From: Harriotta raleighana | Lineage: Eukaryota | Direction: 5' to 3' | Assembly (NCBI GenBank): GCA_050575255.1 | Contig: JBNZDD010013726.1 | Location: 8,198,959 to 8,262,958 of the forward strand | Length of the DNA stretch: 64,000 bases | Part shown: positions 1 to 12,221 of the stretch, piece after piece | How positions within the stretch are numbered: position 1 is the first letter of the stretch | Layout of the letters: every line of letters begins with the position of its first letter | Position numbers and translations under genes: made by a program | The notes under the pieces: generated by a model | Database searches by the model: none | What the model was told of the DNA's origin: nothing | The model's input: only the letters and a program-made list of their open reading frames with translations

Positions 1-334
1 AACCCTCTTGAGATACAAGCAACACCATAGACACTGATATACTGTAATTTCTGATTCAAATTATTCCTCTAAAAATCACATCAAATATTAATTTAACAGA
101 CAATTTATTTATCAAATTAGAATCATATCACCCAATCCATCTGGGTAAATTGGCATTGCCCTGGAATTTAATTACCCTGAACTGGATGTGTAAATTGTTG
201 GGCTATGTAAGACAACCTATTGAATAGAATTTCAGCAAAGCGGAATAGCATTTTCTAACAAAGTTCTGACGACATGAAACCTATTCTCTGATGTAACCAG
301 GCACACCAAATGGGCCTTTTGTTTTTCTCATTTG

Positions 335-625
335 AATTCTGGGCTTCACCAATCTGCCAGCTCCTTCCACTCTGCAGGCAATGGCCTGCTCCGTATTCCC
401 TGTCCCCGTGTTCCCTGCCCGTTCCACTATCGGTGGTCAGGCCTTCAGCCAGTCTCTCCACACACATCTGGAACTGTACCCCCAGAGCACCGCCACTTTG
501 TCTCCTCCCTTCCTCCTCTCAAAGTCCATCTCAAGACCTACCTCGGGTCCAAATCCTGGAATGTCCAGCACCTTGGGACGTCCTCCTGACATGAAAGGCA
601 CTACACAAATGAAACTGAAGTGAAG
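335..625 (+). mobile_element. L2-clade LINE 3' fragment
   Basis: Similar to other L2 3' ends in the window (ccttcagcc...tctggaact...tctcaagacctacct...cagcaccttgggacgtcctcctgacatgaaaggcacta). Confidence 0.8.
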
Positions 626-747
626 AAATGAGCTATTCACATGCAATCTGTGGTTGTTTCTGGCTGTTGTAGATGGTTTGCAAAGTACATTTTAGTTTGA
701 GATCAATCCTCATTATGTCTCATTCTGTGATTTTGTGGGACACGTAC

Positions 748-912
748 CTGAAATCCCCTTTATTGTTGCTGATTCGCTCAGCAGGACAGTATGGTGCGGA
801 TGTCTCTAAGACCACAATTTCCACCATCTTGGAACTGTTCCCTCGGGAGGTAGTAATCAAGCATTCCCACTCTCCTGTTGCGGCCACGTCAATGTTGGAC
901 AGGATCAGCTCA
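748..912 (-). CDS. ADGRA1: ADGRA exon covering the end of the Ig domain and start of the hormone-receptor motif (about exon 8): [55 protein letters not shown](R)
   Basis: 165 bp, phase 2-2, acceptor tcattcag|TG, donor AG|gtacgt. [26 protein letters not shown] motif. Missed by the ORF track. Confidence 0.97.
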
Positions 913-2329
913 CTGAATGATTTTTATTTTTTTTAATGAAGAAAAAAAAAAGCTGTTTTGTTACATCTATCTTTTGTCAATTTCCGATTGCTGCTGCTGA
1001 GAATCAAACAGACAACGAGTACAGAACTAGGTTATTTCGCAACAGGCTTCAACCGATGGCCCTCACTTTGTTCGCAGCTTCAAACATGCTCTGCATCTCC
1101 CTTGTCGATGATACAGAAACAAAATGCACAGAAGCATGGAAATGACCCGTTTAATTTATGACCTTCTGTTGGTAAATTACACGTTTTAATCTCACTATAT
1201 TTTTCATTTTGGTGAAGAAATGTCACTGTGGTTTGTAGGGGTTAAAGGGCCATAATTGTTTAGCCAGTAGGGGCTAATTTAAACAGGAACTCTATATGAA
1301 AGCTTTGGTTCAAACATTCCTATCAATCAAACAGCAGATTGAGCTGGCAATATTTCTGACTGCTGTTTCACCTTGGCTGAAGACATATCGCATCACAAAC
1401 CAGATTTATAGTAACAATATCCTTTGGAGATCTGGTGATGCTTATCATTTTTAAAAAGATCTTTTTCTTCTGATCCCAGAGACAGAATCTTGCGGGATAA
1501 AATATGATTGAATAGGGTTTCATTACATCTTATAGAATTTATTAGGATCCTAGTTCTCTTCCGCCAATTTTCTTCCCTTTCCAGGTCACACGCCAGCACA
1601 CATCCATCTTTAACTGAACAATCTCCGTGTGGATCTTTATCGCTACCTCCATCAATGTCTTCACACGCTCAAGCGTACGGAGGGGATTCAACCAGGGCAC
1701 GTCGATAAGGTGAGTTTGTCCTCCCTCTTGAGATAGAAATGCTGATAACCACTAAGAATTGCCAACAAGCAACCTTCGCAGTAAACTGATAAAGTGTGTC
1801 AACTGGAGCAAACAAGACGGAATGATAGGCAGCTCTGGGACTCGAATCATACAATGGCTTCATCCTGATAAGGAAACGCTACACTCTTTGAACTACACTC
1901 AGCTTCAACTTATTTATAAAAATGAAACCAAAATGTTGCTGGAACATGTCACTCTGTACTAGTCCCAAATCTAGGAAGAACACATAGAGATATTGCTCCA
2001 AGTGAAAGAGGTAAAGATATGTTACTATCAGAAGGGAGAGTATATCAGGCTATGTAAAATTTTTGGTTCTCCCAGGTTTGGTTTAATTCATTCCTTTTTG
2101 GATTTTTCTTTTTCTTTCTCTATTATGTTGTCCCTCCTCTTTCTATTCTTTTCCTCAATCCTTATTAAATTTAGAGACATTACTGGCTGATCTTGACATT
2201 AGGAGAAGCAGTTTTGATACTAAAATGGAATTAGTCAGCAATGCAATGCAATTCAATGCACTAAACCAACTCCTTCTGTGCTGTGCATTTCTATGGTTCT
2301 AATTTCTAAGGAATTATTACATTCGCTTT

Positions 2330-2760
2330 GCTCCTTTCTCTCTCACCATTCCCTCTTCGAACCTTCCCTCTCTGCCTTCCCTCCCCTCCTCAATATTGCC
2401 CGATTCCACTACTACCTCACCCCTCAGGCCACTGAAACTCTCATTCATGCCTTCCTCACATCCAGGCTCAACTATGCCAAGGGCCTGCTTGTTGGCCTTC
2501 CCAATTCCTCCCTACATAGGCTGCAGATAATCCAGAACACTGCAGCTCATGTCCTCTACCGCTCCAAGCTTCATGACCTCATCTCTCCTATCCTCGCCCG
2601 ACTCCATTGGCTCCCAAACACCCAGAGGATTCAATTCAAGATCCTATCGGTCACCCCAAATCTTCCCCTTTCCCTCCACCTTCCCCGTCCCCAGCTTGGG
2701 TCTGAAACAATGACTGAAAGGCTCTATATCAAGTGTAATTTTGTGTGTGTTCTTGTTGTT
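2330..2760 (+). mobile_element. L2-clade LINE ORF2 C-terminal remnant plus 3' tail
   Basis: ORF 2278..2769 contains NIARF..LTPQATETLIHAFLTSRLNY..LLVGLP..LQIIQNTAA..LHWLP...RIQFKIL, typical of L2 ORF2. Ends in aaggctctatatcaagtgtaattttg...ttgttgtt. Confidence 0.92.
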
Positions 2761-3888
2761 ATATATTAGAAATTTCTCAAACAAAAAAAAGGCTGGAACA
2801 ATACGAAAAAATGGAGTAACACCATTCCATAGTAAGGCCCCTTACAATTAGTTGAATTTGTAATTCATTTATGGTACAAATATAAGAAAAGAAAAACTTC
2901 ATCGTGATGCTGCATTCTCACAATGTAGCATGTGTGATGTAGGCAGATGCCTGACTCAGTTGAGAGCACAATATTAGGAGGTGAGTTCAAAGTGAGGACT
3001 GGAGACAGGAAAGAAATGTTAATTCCCTGTGATGTCTACCAGCACTTTAGTGGCCTAATAAGATCCGTCACAATAGATTGCATTCCCCCTCTCCTTTTCA
3101 TTCTGTAATGAATCATTTTTGAACCTTAATGCATCCCGTTCTTGAGAGTTACCTTGTACTTCATTTCTCTAAATGTTTTTAACACCTATAAGCTGTCTGT
3201 TATCTGCAAGGGAGAAGAGAATATATTGGAAGGATACCTGGAAGGGTTTTGATCAGCACAATCTCTATTGATTCGTTAAATGGAGACACAAAACAAACAA
3301 AAGCCAAAGAAGAAGCCAACAGTTTCCAAAAACTGTCAGGTCAATTCTGCAACTTGTGCACTCCAAAATCACCACCTCAATTGTGGTAAATCAGTCCAAA
3401 ATGCCAAAGTGGCTGTGTGACATCTACTTTATGAAAACAGATTTTCTCGTGATCAGCAACCCTGTCACTGTCAGACATATCTGTGTCTGACCATGTTAAC
3501 ACAGAGGGTAGATAGCAGCAGGAGTTGAATACTAAATTCGCTCTCTTGTGCAGCTGTTTAAATAAAAAGATTTCAAAATAGAACGGGACACATTTCTGGA
3601 AATTAAAATGAATCAGTTTATTAGATGATGAGACGGATATGTTGCAGGAATACTTTAACATGTGGGTTGGATTGGCTAGTTGGACCAATATGTCTGCTGT
3701 TAGAAACTTAGTACGTAACTGTACTCTTTAAAACCTTTGCAATAGATTTACAACTGCATGACATGTCTACCTATGATTTGATTCAAAAGCAACATCTGTT
3801 CATTTCATTTTTTTAAAACAAATCCCTATATCGGAATGTTTCCAAGATGCACTATTTTTCTTAGTTGACAAGGACCCATATCGAGCAG

Positions 3889-4444
3889 TTATGCAGAATT
3901 TTCCCCCAATTTCGTTTCATATCTCAAATGGTTGTTTTGATGCAGTAGCAATGCTACAATCCTTAGGTTAGATACAAACGGTATTAAGGCACAAAAACAT
4001 CTGAGAATGATAGTCTGAAAATATTGACAGTTGCTTACTTTTGTGAAAAGAAATCAATACCATTATCAAATTCTAGAAGCAAATGGTCTCAGGGTTCCTG
4101 GGAGCAAACAGAATTTAGTGCGTTGTTAATATCCCTGCTCACTTCACACGACGATGACCTGGAGAGTTCATCGGAAGTTCCAACTGGCTCAAAGATTCTG
4201 CTTCTCTGCCATAGGTTAATACCCACCACCTTGGTGTGCATGATTGAGAGATCTTTGGCTACAAGACCTTCAACGATGCTAAGTACAGGCCTGCTCGAGG
4301 GGTTTTTGAGACTACTGGAGTTCAAAATGGTAGTAAATTACCAGTAAATTTATGCAGAATTTTCCCCCAATTTTGTTTCATATCTCAAATGGTTGTTTTG
4401 ATGCAGTAGCAATGCTACAATCCTTAGGTTAGATACAAACGGTA
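3889..4444. repeat. 95-bp direct repeat pair (3889-3983 and 4350-4444, one mismatch)
   Basis: Direct comparison of the two copies; no N nearby. Confidence 0.95.
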
Positions 4445-5140
4445 GTAATGGTAGTAAATTTTCTCAGTCGGAGACTGAGAAAACGTCCTAAATCTATTTA
4501 AGCAACAACGTTGACACCTGAAGACACCCACTCCTGTCTGACCAAGTAGGCACTAAACACTGTACTCAGCTGGCACACTAGACTAAACACAAATTTCCTG
4601 AAACATGCATCTGAGTAATCTCCTTGAAGCTCAAAATCCGCCTCAGCGTAAACAGCCACGCTGCGTGTTTCGTTGAAACTCTGATTCTAACCACTATTTT
4701 TCCTTCCCAAAACAATTGGCACAGTGTGCACAATTCCCTTTTTTTTTTAACCTTTCAATGCCCTCATGCTGTTTGCATGTAGAGCCCCATGTCCAAACCT
4801 ATTTTCAGTTCCTCATTTCCTGTCCTTGGGAAACCATTTGCCTGTTTCCAGTCTGGCATTATGGTAAGCAGGTTTGACTTGCGGTATCTGCAAGCGGACT
4901 TGATACTATATCAACTGTAGCCAAGTCCCCAAAAAACCTACAGAATGTTTCTGTTGCGTTTATAGAAATAAAATGATGTGCGTTTTGTCATCAAACTTTT
5001 AACACTCAGAATCACAAACTTACACAGTGATTGCTGTATGCGGCAACTTATAAAATATATCGTTAGACAAGCATGTGCTGCTTTCTGAAACACAAATACA
5101 GAACAAGTAATTATAAAGCAATTTGTACTGATGAACATTT

Positions 5141-5400
5141 CCACGAAATGCCAGCTGCTATCCAGCCCAAGTGGTCTTCTTTTTAATGTATGGAGTGTCA
5201 GTTGTCTATTCAACCATGGGAGGCATCATTGCTCAGCCTGTTCTCGTTTCCACACAAAACACATTTCCTCCTTCCTGAATAGCAACAACGAGAAGTAACT
5301 AGGTCAACTATTGCAGCACAAATGTCTAAGATCAGTAACTCAGCCAAGAATCAAACCTGTGACCTTCTAATTTGCATGGAGCGTTGCCACATTTGGTGAA
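5141..5400 (-). mobile_element. Ancient AmnSINE2-like SINE, degraded
   Basis: Ordered blocks gcccaagtgg, gagtgtcag..ctattcaacc.tgg..ggcatca, ccacaca..acac.tttcc, agatcag.taactcagc and atcaaacctg.gacctt match the reverse complement of the AmnSINE2 consensus as recalled. Confidence 0.6.
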
Positions 5401-8400
5401 CATACACATTTGTAATAAGTCAACAGTCCTGGATAAACACGAAGCAAACTTAGGGTAAAACAAACCAAACTTGTCCTGCAGTATTTCATTTCATTTTCCC
5501 CCTTCATGATAACACTTTATTTGCTTATGCTCAAAACCAAGATTCCGCTCCTTCAGGCAGCCTCTGATACACTCTTTGCCTGGTGATAAATTATTAAATG
5601 TTTACTTTAATAAATTATTAAATGGAATAATGTCAAACAGTTTTCCATACAGATTTTTGATGTTCATTATGTGGCACGACTGAAAGTAGCAACTAGCTAT
5701 CTTTGAGGCGAGATATGTCTTATTTTTAAGCTAAAATATACAACTCTCAGTTAATAAGTGCTAATTTGTAGGTAAAAATGATCAAATCTAAAGCATTAGG
5801 TCCTTTTTATACTGAGTGTAATCCATCATTTTTGCATTATAAATTCAAGTACACACACTTTTTTTTTAAACTGCTCTTGTTCTCACATGACAACCACCAA
5901 CATCCAACTTCCACCTAATTTATATATTTAAAACAAATTCTAGGTTACAGATTTATAGCACATTCTAAAGATTATATGGTTTTAATTCCAGTGTTGCAAC
6001 AAACTTAAATGGACTTCTCCACCGTTCTGTGCCTCAGTCCACAAAATACAGAACGTTATCTGCTTAAGCTCTGCATACCAATACCAAAGAAACAATTTCA
6101 GATTTATTTTCCTGTTGAACACTCGCTCCTCAGTGCACAATGCAAAGAATAATAGCATTTTAATAGAGTAATAAGAGGAACTTGGTTATGCAATGAACAT
6201 TTCTTGGTGCTGGTGTGAAATGTAAAGTGTGATGTGGCTACAATTAACCCTTACACTCTGAGCAAATGCAAGAAAATATAACACTTTCTGGGTTTTCCTT
6301 TTTACTTAATTATTTAAGATTACCTATCAATATCAATACTCCTTGCATTACAATAATAAAGTGATTTAGTTTTTAAGGTGAATAACAGATCTATTTCTGT
6401 ATAAATAATCCTTCCTGTTTAAAATTAAACATATCTATTGAGGCTAATACAGTACTACTTTCCTTTTTCCTGACGTTTTTTTCCCACCTAATTCCTACAA
6501 TTCAATCCTTCCCCCATAGAAAAAAAAAACCCACTTCCTTATCCATCTTCTTCGTATTCATGGCTCGTTTTTGGTGGAACAATTGGCGCATGAATGATTC
6601 CAATCGGTGTTACAGGTGGACATTATTTGGGCGCTGAACTGACCTGGTCGGTTTTGCTGTGCACAGTCGGTAAGATCAGGAACAGGTACTATCTCATTGC
6701 TCATTCGGGAACCTGATTACACCCAGACGCAGTAGCTCACCTCAGCCTGATCAAGGTTAATGTTAGCAATATGGCAAAGCACAAGCCGTTAGGTCCCGTC
6801 ACTGTGTCATCTCTGAATCAGCCCACCTCAACTGAAGTAAGTACATGTGTCTATCTTATGCAAAAAAATTATATCATGGACTGAAATTCCCCCCGAAAAA
6901 TATTTCCCAGCTTGAGCTTTTCCCAGCCATTTGCAGAAACATAATGTATTTGTGTGGAGATTTGTTTGAGATACGGTTTCCTCCGTCAGGGAAATAATAG
7001 CAGTTTAAGAAGCTGACTGATAGGCACATGTTAACAACAATTATGTTTGAATGACGTACAGTAACAGTAAAATATCCTTGCAATTACTTAAACTCTTTGG
7101 CACTTCCAGTGTACCAAGAGATGTATTGTGGTGCAGAATTGAAACTTAAATCACATGTGCGTTGGCATCTGCAACGAAATGCAATACAAAATAGTATTTC
7201 CAATACATGCAAGGCCCTCAACACTCTACAAACTAAACTGGCTTTCCAAAAGACATATTGCAGTCCCATCTGTTCTTGGACAGTTTCATTTTTGTAAGCG
7301 AGATTGAAGTACATGTTTACAAATTCAATTGACATGCAGTCTACTTTGCCAGTTTCTAGCTCAATGATTGCCAGGAACTAAAGTTGTAGACTGGAGGTTG
7401 ATGGGAATCATAAACAAACCACATATTTTGCAATCTTGGTGAAAACAAATAATCCCTCCCAACTGGTTCTCACTTGAAGCGTGACCTTCAATAACTCAGG
7501 GTTTGAATTAGATTTCGAGTGAAATATTCTGCACTAAATTCTTCGGTATTTTGCAATGTTTTACTCCTTTTAAATTATGCCTTTCATTGCAGTGTTGTAT
7601 GTTTTATCTAGTTCCTGTCGATTAACAACTAGGAATGCTATCATTATTACACAAAAAATTGTGAAATGCTATTTATGTTTGAAGAAGCCACTTATTCTGA
7701 TTTAGCAATGTTATACTCTTACTACTGAAAACCTGAGAAAATCGTTCTTTCACAGATAATTCAGTTATCTATCAATAACGGTACACACTGTTTACATATC
7801 TTTTATTGACTTTTTCACTGTTTCCCTAGAGTTTCTGATCAAAGATGACGTCAGCATCATTGAGGGATTATCTCTTTCTATGAGGGCTCACAGAAGCTCG
7901 GAACAAATTAACTAATTTCCTGAGGGTTTTGTTTGGAATAGGATTGACATTTGGTAAACTGCAATGGTGTGAACACTAAGCCATTTATTTGTTTCGAGAA
8001 AATAACAAAGGAAAACTGAATGAAGTAGATAGTTTTGGATGGAATCGATTTATTTGCGTGCATTTCAATGCGTGACCATTATTGTACTTTTATTGTGATT
8101 AACCATTACTTTTTACAGTTGGAGACATGATAATGTATTGAATACGGCTATGTTGGACATTCAGTGCTTCAGATTAATCATTGAAATTCACGACAGGTTT
8201 GAGAGAATTCATTGTTTATTTGCTATCAATGTGGGAACTTGTGTTGAGTGTGCAGTTTCTGGGTGCGTAAATAAAGAGTCAATTAATATACCATTTTGAC
8301 TTTGGTACAATATAGCATGTGTATAGAGTATGTAATTATCCTCTGTATAATAAGATACTTCCAGGTGTCTGTGTTAAACGTGTCTTTTAGAAACCAGAAA

Positions 8401-8724
8401 CTGTTTGTTGATCTGCAGCTTTTTTTTTGAATCCTGCTGTAATGTCTCCTTTTGATGCTGAAAAGCCTTAGGTATTGTGTATAGATTATCTCTCTAATCT
8501 TGTTGCTCTTCTCTGCAGTGCCCTGAGGGCCCACCTACCAAACCCTTCTATCTTATATCGTGGACAATGTCAGCACCTTTGAATCTCCCACAAATCAACA
8601 TTATTAGCATAAATAGTGTAGTTAAATAATTCAAATAAATGGCAAGTGTAAAATCAGTGCTGCAGACGGTACTGTTTATTTGGGTTTGTCTCAACTGTGG
8701 AATAAATAATCCAATGCTCATTCT

Positions 8725-8912
8725 TAATAATAATCATTGAATTTAACATAGCGCTTTTCATATCTTCCAGATGTCTCAAAGCGCTTCACAGAATATACTG
8801 TAAATTTTGTGGGTGAAACGTGGCAGCCAATTGCGCACAGCAGTGTCCCACACAGTCATGGATTGAAATGACTAATTTTATTATTGTGTTTCTTGGGGGT
8901 AGGGATTATTAT
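8725..8912 (-). mobile_element. tRNA-derived DeuSINE-like SINE, 3' half
   Basis: Reverse complement of the 9167-9480 family (gtggcagccaattgcgcacagcagtgtcccac). Confidence 0.9.
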
Positions 8913-9166
8913 TATTGTTGTTATTGTTAATAACAATAATTATATTATGATTAATAATATTCTTACTATTCTAGCTAGAGGGAGTAATGGAGATCCCCCT
9001 CATAAAGATTTTTCAGTGAGCGATACTGATTTTGGTGGGTAAGTTTCAAAGTACAGTATATATAAATAAAATAATAACAGTCAACAATATCAATAGAACA
9101 CTCAGGGCAAAAAATGACAGCATTTTATAGGAGCACTGATCCTCAGAAACCATTACATAAGCACAT

Positions 9167-9480
9167 GGAAGTCCTGTACTTCAGTGGATAGAGCATTCGC
9201 CTTTAAAAAGAGAACTGGGTTTGATTCCAGGAAGGGTGAAACCCTGGACAAGTTTCCTTACTCCAAACGCCTAATAGTAATCCCTCAAATGAAACAATAA
9301 TACATTGGTCATTTCAATCCACGACTATTTGTGGGACACTGCTGTGTGCAATTGGCTGCCACATTTCGCCTACATATATACAGTCAATTCACTTTACAGT
9401 ATATTCCATGAAGTGTTTTGAGACGTCTAGAAGATGTGAAAAGCACTATATCAAATGCAAGGACTATTTATCATTATTAT
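9167..9480 (+). mobile_element. Full-length tRNA-derived SINE (about 310 bp; DeuSINE-like body, L2-type 3' tail)
   Basis: tRNA-like head with A/B-box-like tcagtggatagagc and gggtttgattcc. Body gtgggacactgctgtgtgcaattggctgcc; tail gaagtgttttgagacg...gaaaagcactatatcaaatgcaagga(tta)n. Many copies in the window. Confidence 0.92.
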
Positions 9481-9724
9481 AAACTCTAATATTTCATTGC
9501 AAGATCATTTCTTATGAGTTTCCCTTTAACGGATCACATCATCGGTTTTGAGGCTTCCTGGTGGAGTACAGTTGAGTGCTAATTGTTCAGTAAATGCTTT
9601 TGAAACCTCCATATCCCCTTTAAGTACACCAATTATATGTAATAATAAACTAGTTCATGTTTCATTCAAAGAACATTCATATTATGTATAGATACACATA
9701 TATATGTGTGTGTATACATACATA

Positions 9725-9850
9725 CAATAATCCTTGCATTTGATATAGCACCTTAAAGTTGTTGAGACATCTCAAAGAGCTTCCAGAATGCATTGGAAAG
9801 TGAATTGAGTGTATAGTTTGTGAGTGAAACACACAATAATTTCTCACAAG
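9725..9850 (-). mobile_element. SINE 3' fragment next to a (TA/CA) microsatellite
   Basis: aataatccttgcatttgatatagcac...gagacatctcaaagagcttc. Confidence 0.75.
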
Positions 9851-10792
9851 CGATTGTGATTGAGTCACCATATTACTACTATTTTATTTATTATTACTCC
9901 TGGAAAAGCAACTCACCAATCAGCTAACAACAGGGTTCCAACTTATTGCTAAGTAAACAGAGGCATATGGAGTAAGGATTTAATTAAACCATTTATTGCT
10001 AAAGCAATGTTTTGACCTCATTGTTGGATTAAATTTATTGCATCAGGGATAACACTACCCTGCTTAGAGGAAAATCATGACTTTCATTTTGTGTTCAGTG
10101 ATCAGGTTCATTTACTGCCTGATTTAAATGAAAATAACTGCAATTGTTAAGTCGACATTTGGAACTTTATTTCATATAAAACATTTTATCTAAAACACAT
10201 GCATCTATTAAAGACAGTAGAATCTAACAGGAAATCTCATTCTAAACACAGAAAGTAAAGGTCACTAGTCTCATTGAACAGCGAGCATTTGACTCTAGTA
10301 TTAACACAAACCAAAGTAATTCTTAATGTTTTGAGCTAATAAGATTTGAAAGGAGATGGTCTGCTAAGCGTTTAAATCCTCTTTACGATCTTCTTGAAAA
10401 AATATCAACCATCATTGAGCTAGCAAATTGCTTCTCTAACAGTAAACTAATTTACATTGGAAATTTGCTTCTGGAAGCAACACGCGACTTTCTAAATATT
10501 CCGCTCATGTAGTCACTTGTGAATGTCAAAAGCCACATCCGTGTCCCCAGTAAGGTTGTCAACAGACAGGTAGCTAATAAGGAACGGAGAGACAGTCACT
10601 GTTTAATACCTTTGAACTACAGTATTCCATCTCCAATATCAAACTTGATTAGGTAATGTTGAATATCAAAAATCGCATTATCTATTGATTCTGTAACTAG
10701 ATCAGATCAGTTTATCATTTTTCTTTCATTTAAAGATATCTCAATGGGATATAAATCATTACTCTATTTCAATAATGCACTGATAGTTGTAC

Positions 10793-10863
10793 TGCGCCTT
10801 GGGACGTCCTCCCGACATGAAAGGCGCTCTGTAAATGTAATTTTGTTGTTGTTGTTGTTGTTG
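10793..10863 (+). mobile_element. L2 3'-tail-only insert ending in (GTT)n
   Basis: gcgccttgggacgtcctcccgacatgaaaggcgctctgtaaatgtaatttt(gtt)n. Confidence 0.85.
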
Positions 10864-11035
10864 TACTGTGCACTCCCTCAGGTACATGTNATGTAATTTT
10901 GTTGTTGTTGTTGTTGTTGTTGTTGTAGTACTGTGCACTCCCTCAGGTACATGTCTGTCACCTGGATATAGATCTTTACAGGAATTATGTGTGACAGTAA
11001 TTGGAGTACGGATTGCTGTTAAGTATAAACTCAGT

Positions 11036-11240
11036 TAAGCGCTCTGAGACTCTGCCCAACGTGGAAGGCGCTAAATAAATGCAAATTGTTGTTGTGGTGA
11101 TGGCATGAAGATAAACCCATGGAACGAAATCGTCCACAAATATGCAGCCAATTTACTTTACAGTATATTCTGTGAAGCACTTTGAGATGTCGATATGCTG
11201 TGAAAAACGCTTTATCAAACGCAAGGCTTAATATTAATAT
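11036..11240 (+). mobile_element. L2 3' tail (11036-11097) followed by SINE 3' half (about 11125-11240)
   Basis: aagcgctctgagac...gaaggcgctaaataaatgcaaattgttgttg, then ccacaaatatgcagccaatttactttacagtatattctgtgaagcactttgag. Confidence 0.8.
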
Positions 11241-12221
11241 TATATCCCTCTTTGTTCCAATGACCCAAATATCACAGTCAAGGTCACTAGGTTTATAAAA
11301 TGTAGCTTGTGTTAAAAAGAAAACTTTTGGCTGGTGAACCTTCATATTTATTCAGCAAGCAGGAGCTCCCAATTGGTGTACTGATAGATTAGAAATATAT
11401 AATTTATATGTTCCTACATCGTGAATGTTTTATCAAAGCATAGTGCAAGACGCTTCAGCCAATCCAAACCATTCCACAGTTCATCTATTCAGAAATGAAC
11501 TTGCCCTTTCCAGCTATTTCAATCTCGTACTAGAAAACTTGCTCCACTTTCGATATAAAAGGTAATTAAGTGAAGTTTCAGAATATTTTATGCATCCTCC
11601 ATGTCTTCACCTTTAAACTTGGCTGGCTGCCTTTCACTAAATCCTAAGTCCTTATAAGCTGTTATGTAAATTCAGTGAGCAGCTATAATAATAAACCTTA
11701 ACAAACCTGTCATTTAATATAGTGCATGTACTGCCTAAATATCTGAAAGAGCTTCTTCATATGTAATACTGTCAATAAATTACTCGTGAAGCACTTTCAG
11801 ATACTCTGTAGTGACTGTGCATTCATAACAAATGCTCTGGGATGCTACCCCACATGAAGGGCGACATGTGAATGCAAGTTGTTGTTGTTGCTGTAAAAAG
11901 GTCACACAAATTTCCCTGAAGTGACTGATCAATTTTATCTGGATTGTTGGCAATTCTTTGAATGCCATGAAATCTTTACCATCTCCATGTACAAGAGCTA
12001 ACTTTAATGTTGATCGGTATCTAATTATATGACTACAATTTTCAATCCTTTTCTTCAATGGATATTTATTCAAATCAAATTAACCAAGCGTCTAGAATGA
12101 TTTAGGCATCATTCTACATATCCACTACCCTGATTGGAAAATACTTTCCTTATTATTTTTAATCTTGCTGGAGACTGTAACATTTTGAACTTTTGTTCTC
12201 TACGACTTTGAAAGTGAGGAT

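Noticed and set aside
936-1161. ORFs next to the exon at 748-912
   Set aside because: No recognisable homology or usable splice pair; the true exon borders are fixed at 748-912.
4024-4347. Overlapping ORFs of 107 aa (+) and 78 aa (-)
   Set aside because: No recognisable domain or splice-phase fit; probably chance or an unidentifiable old repeat.
9167-9240. tRNA-like sequences (also near 30410, 48850, 52700 and 53110)
   Set aside because: These are SINE heads continuous with the SINE body, not intact tRNA genes.
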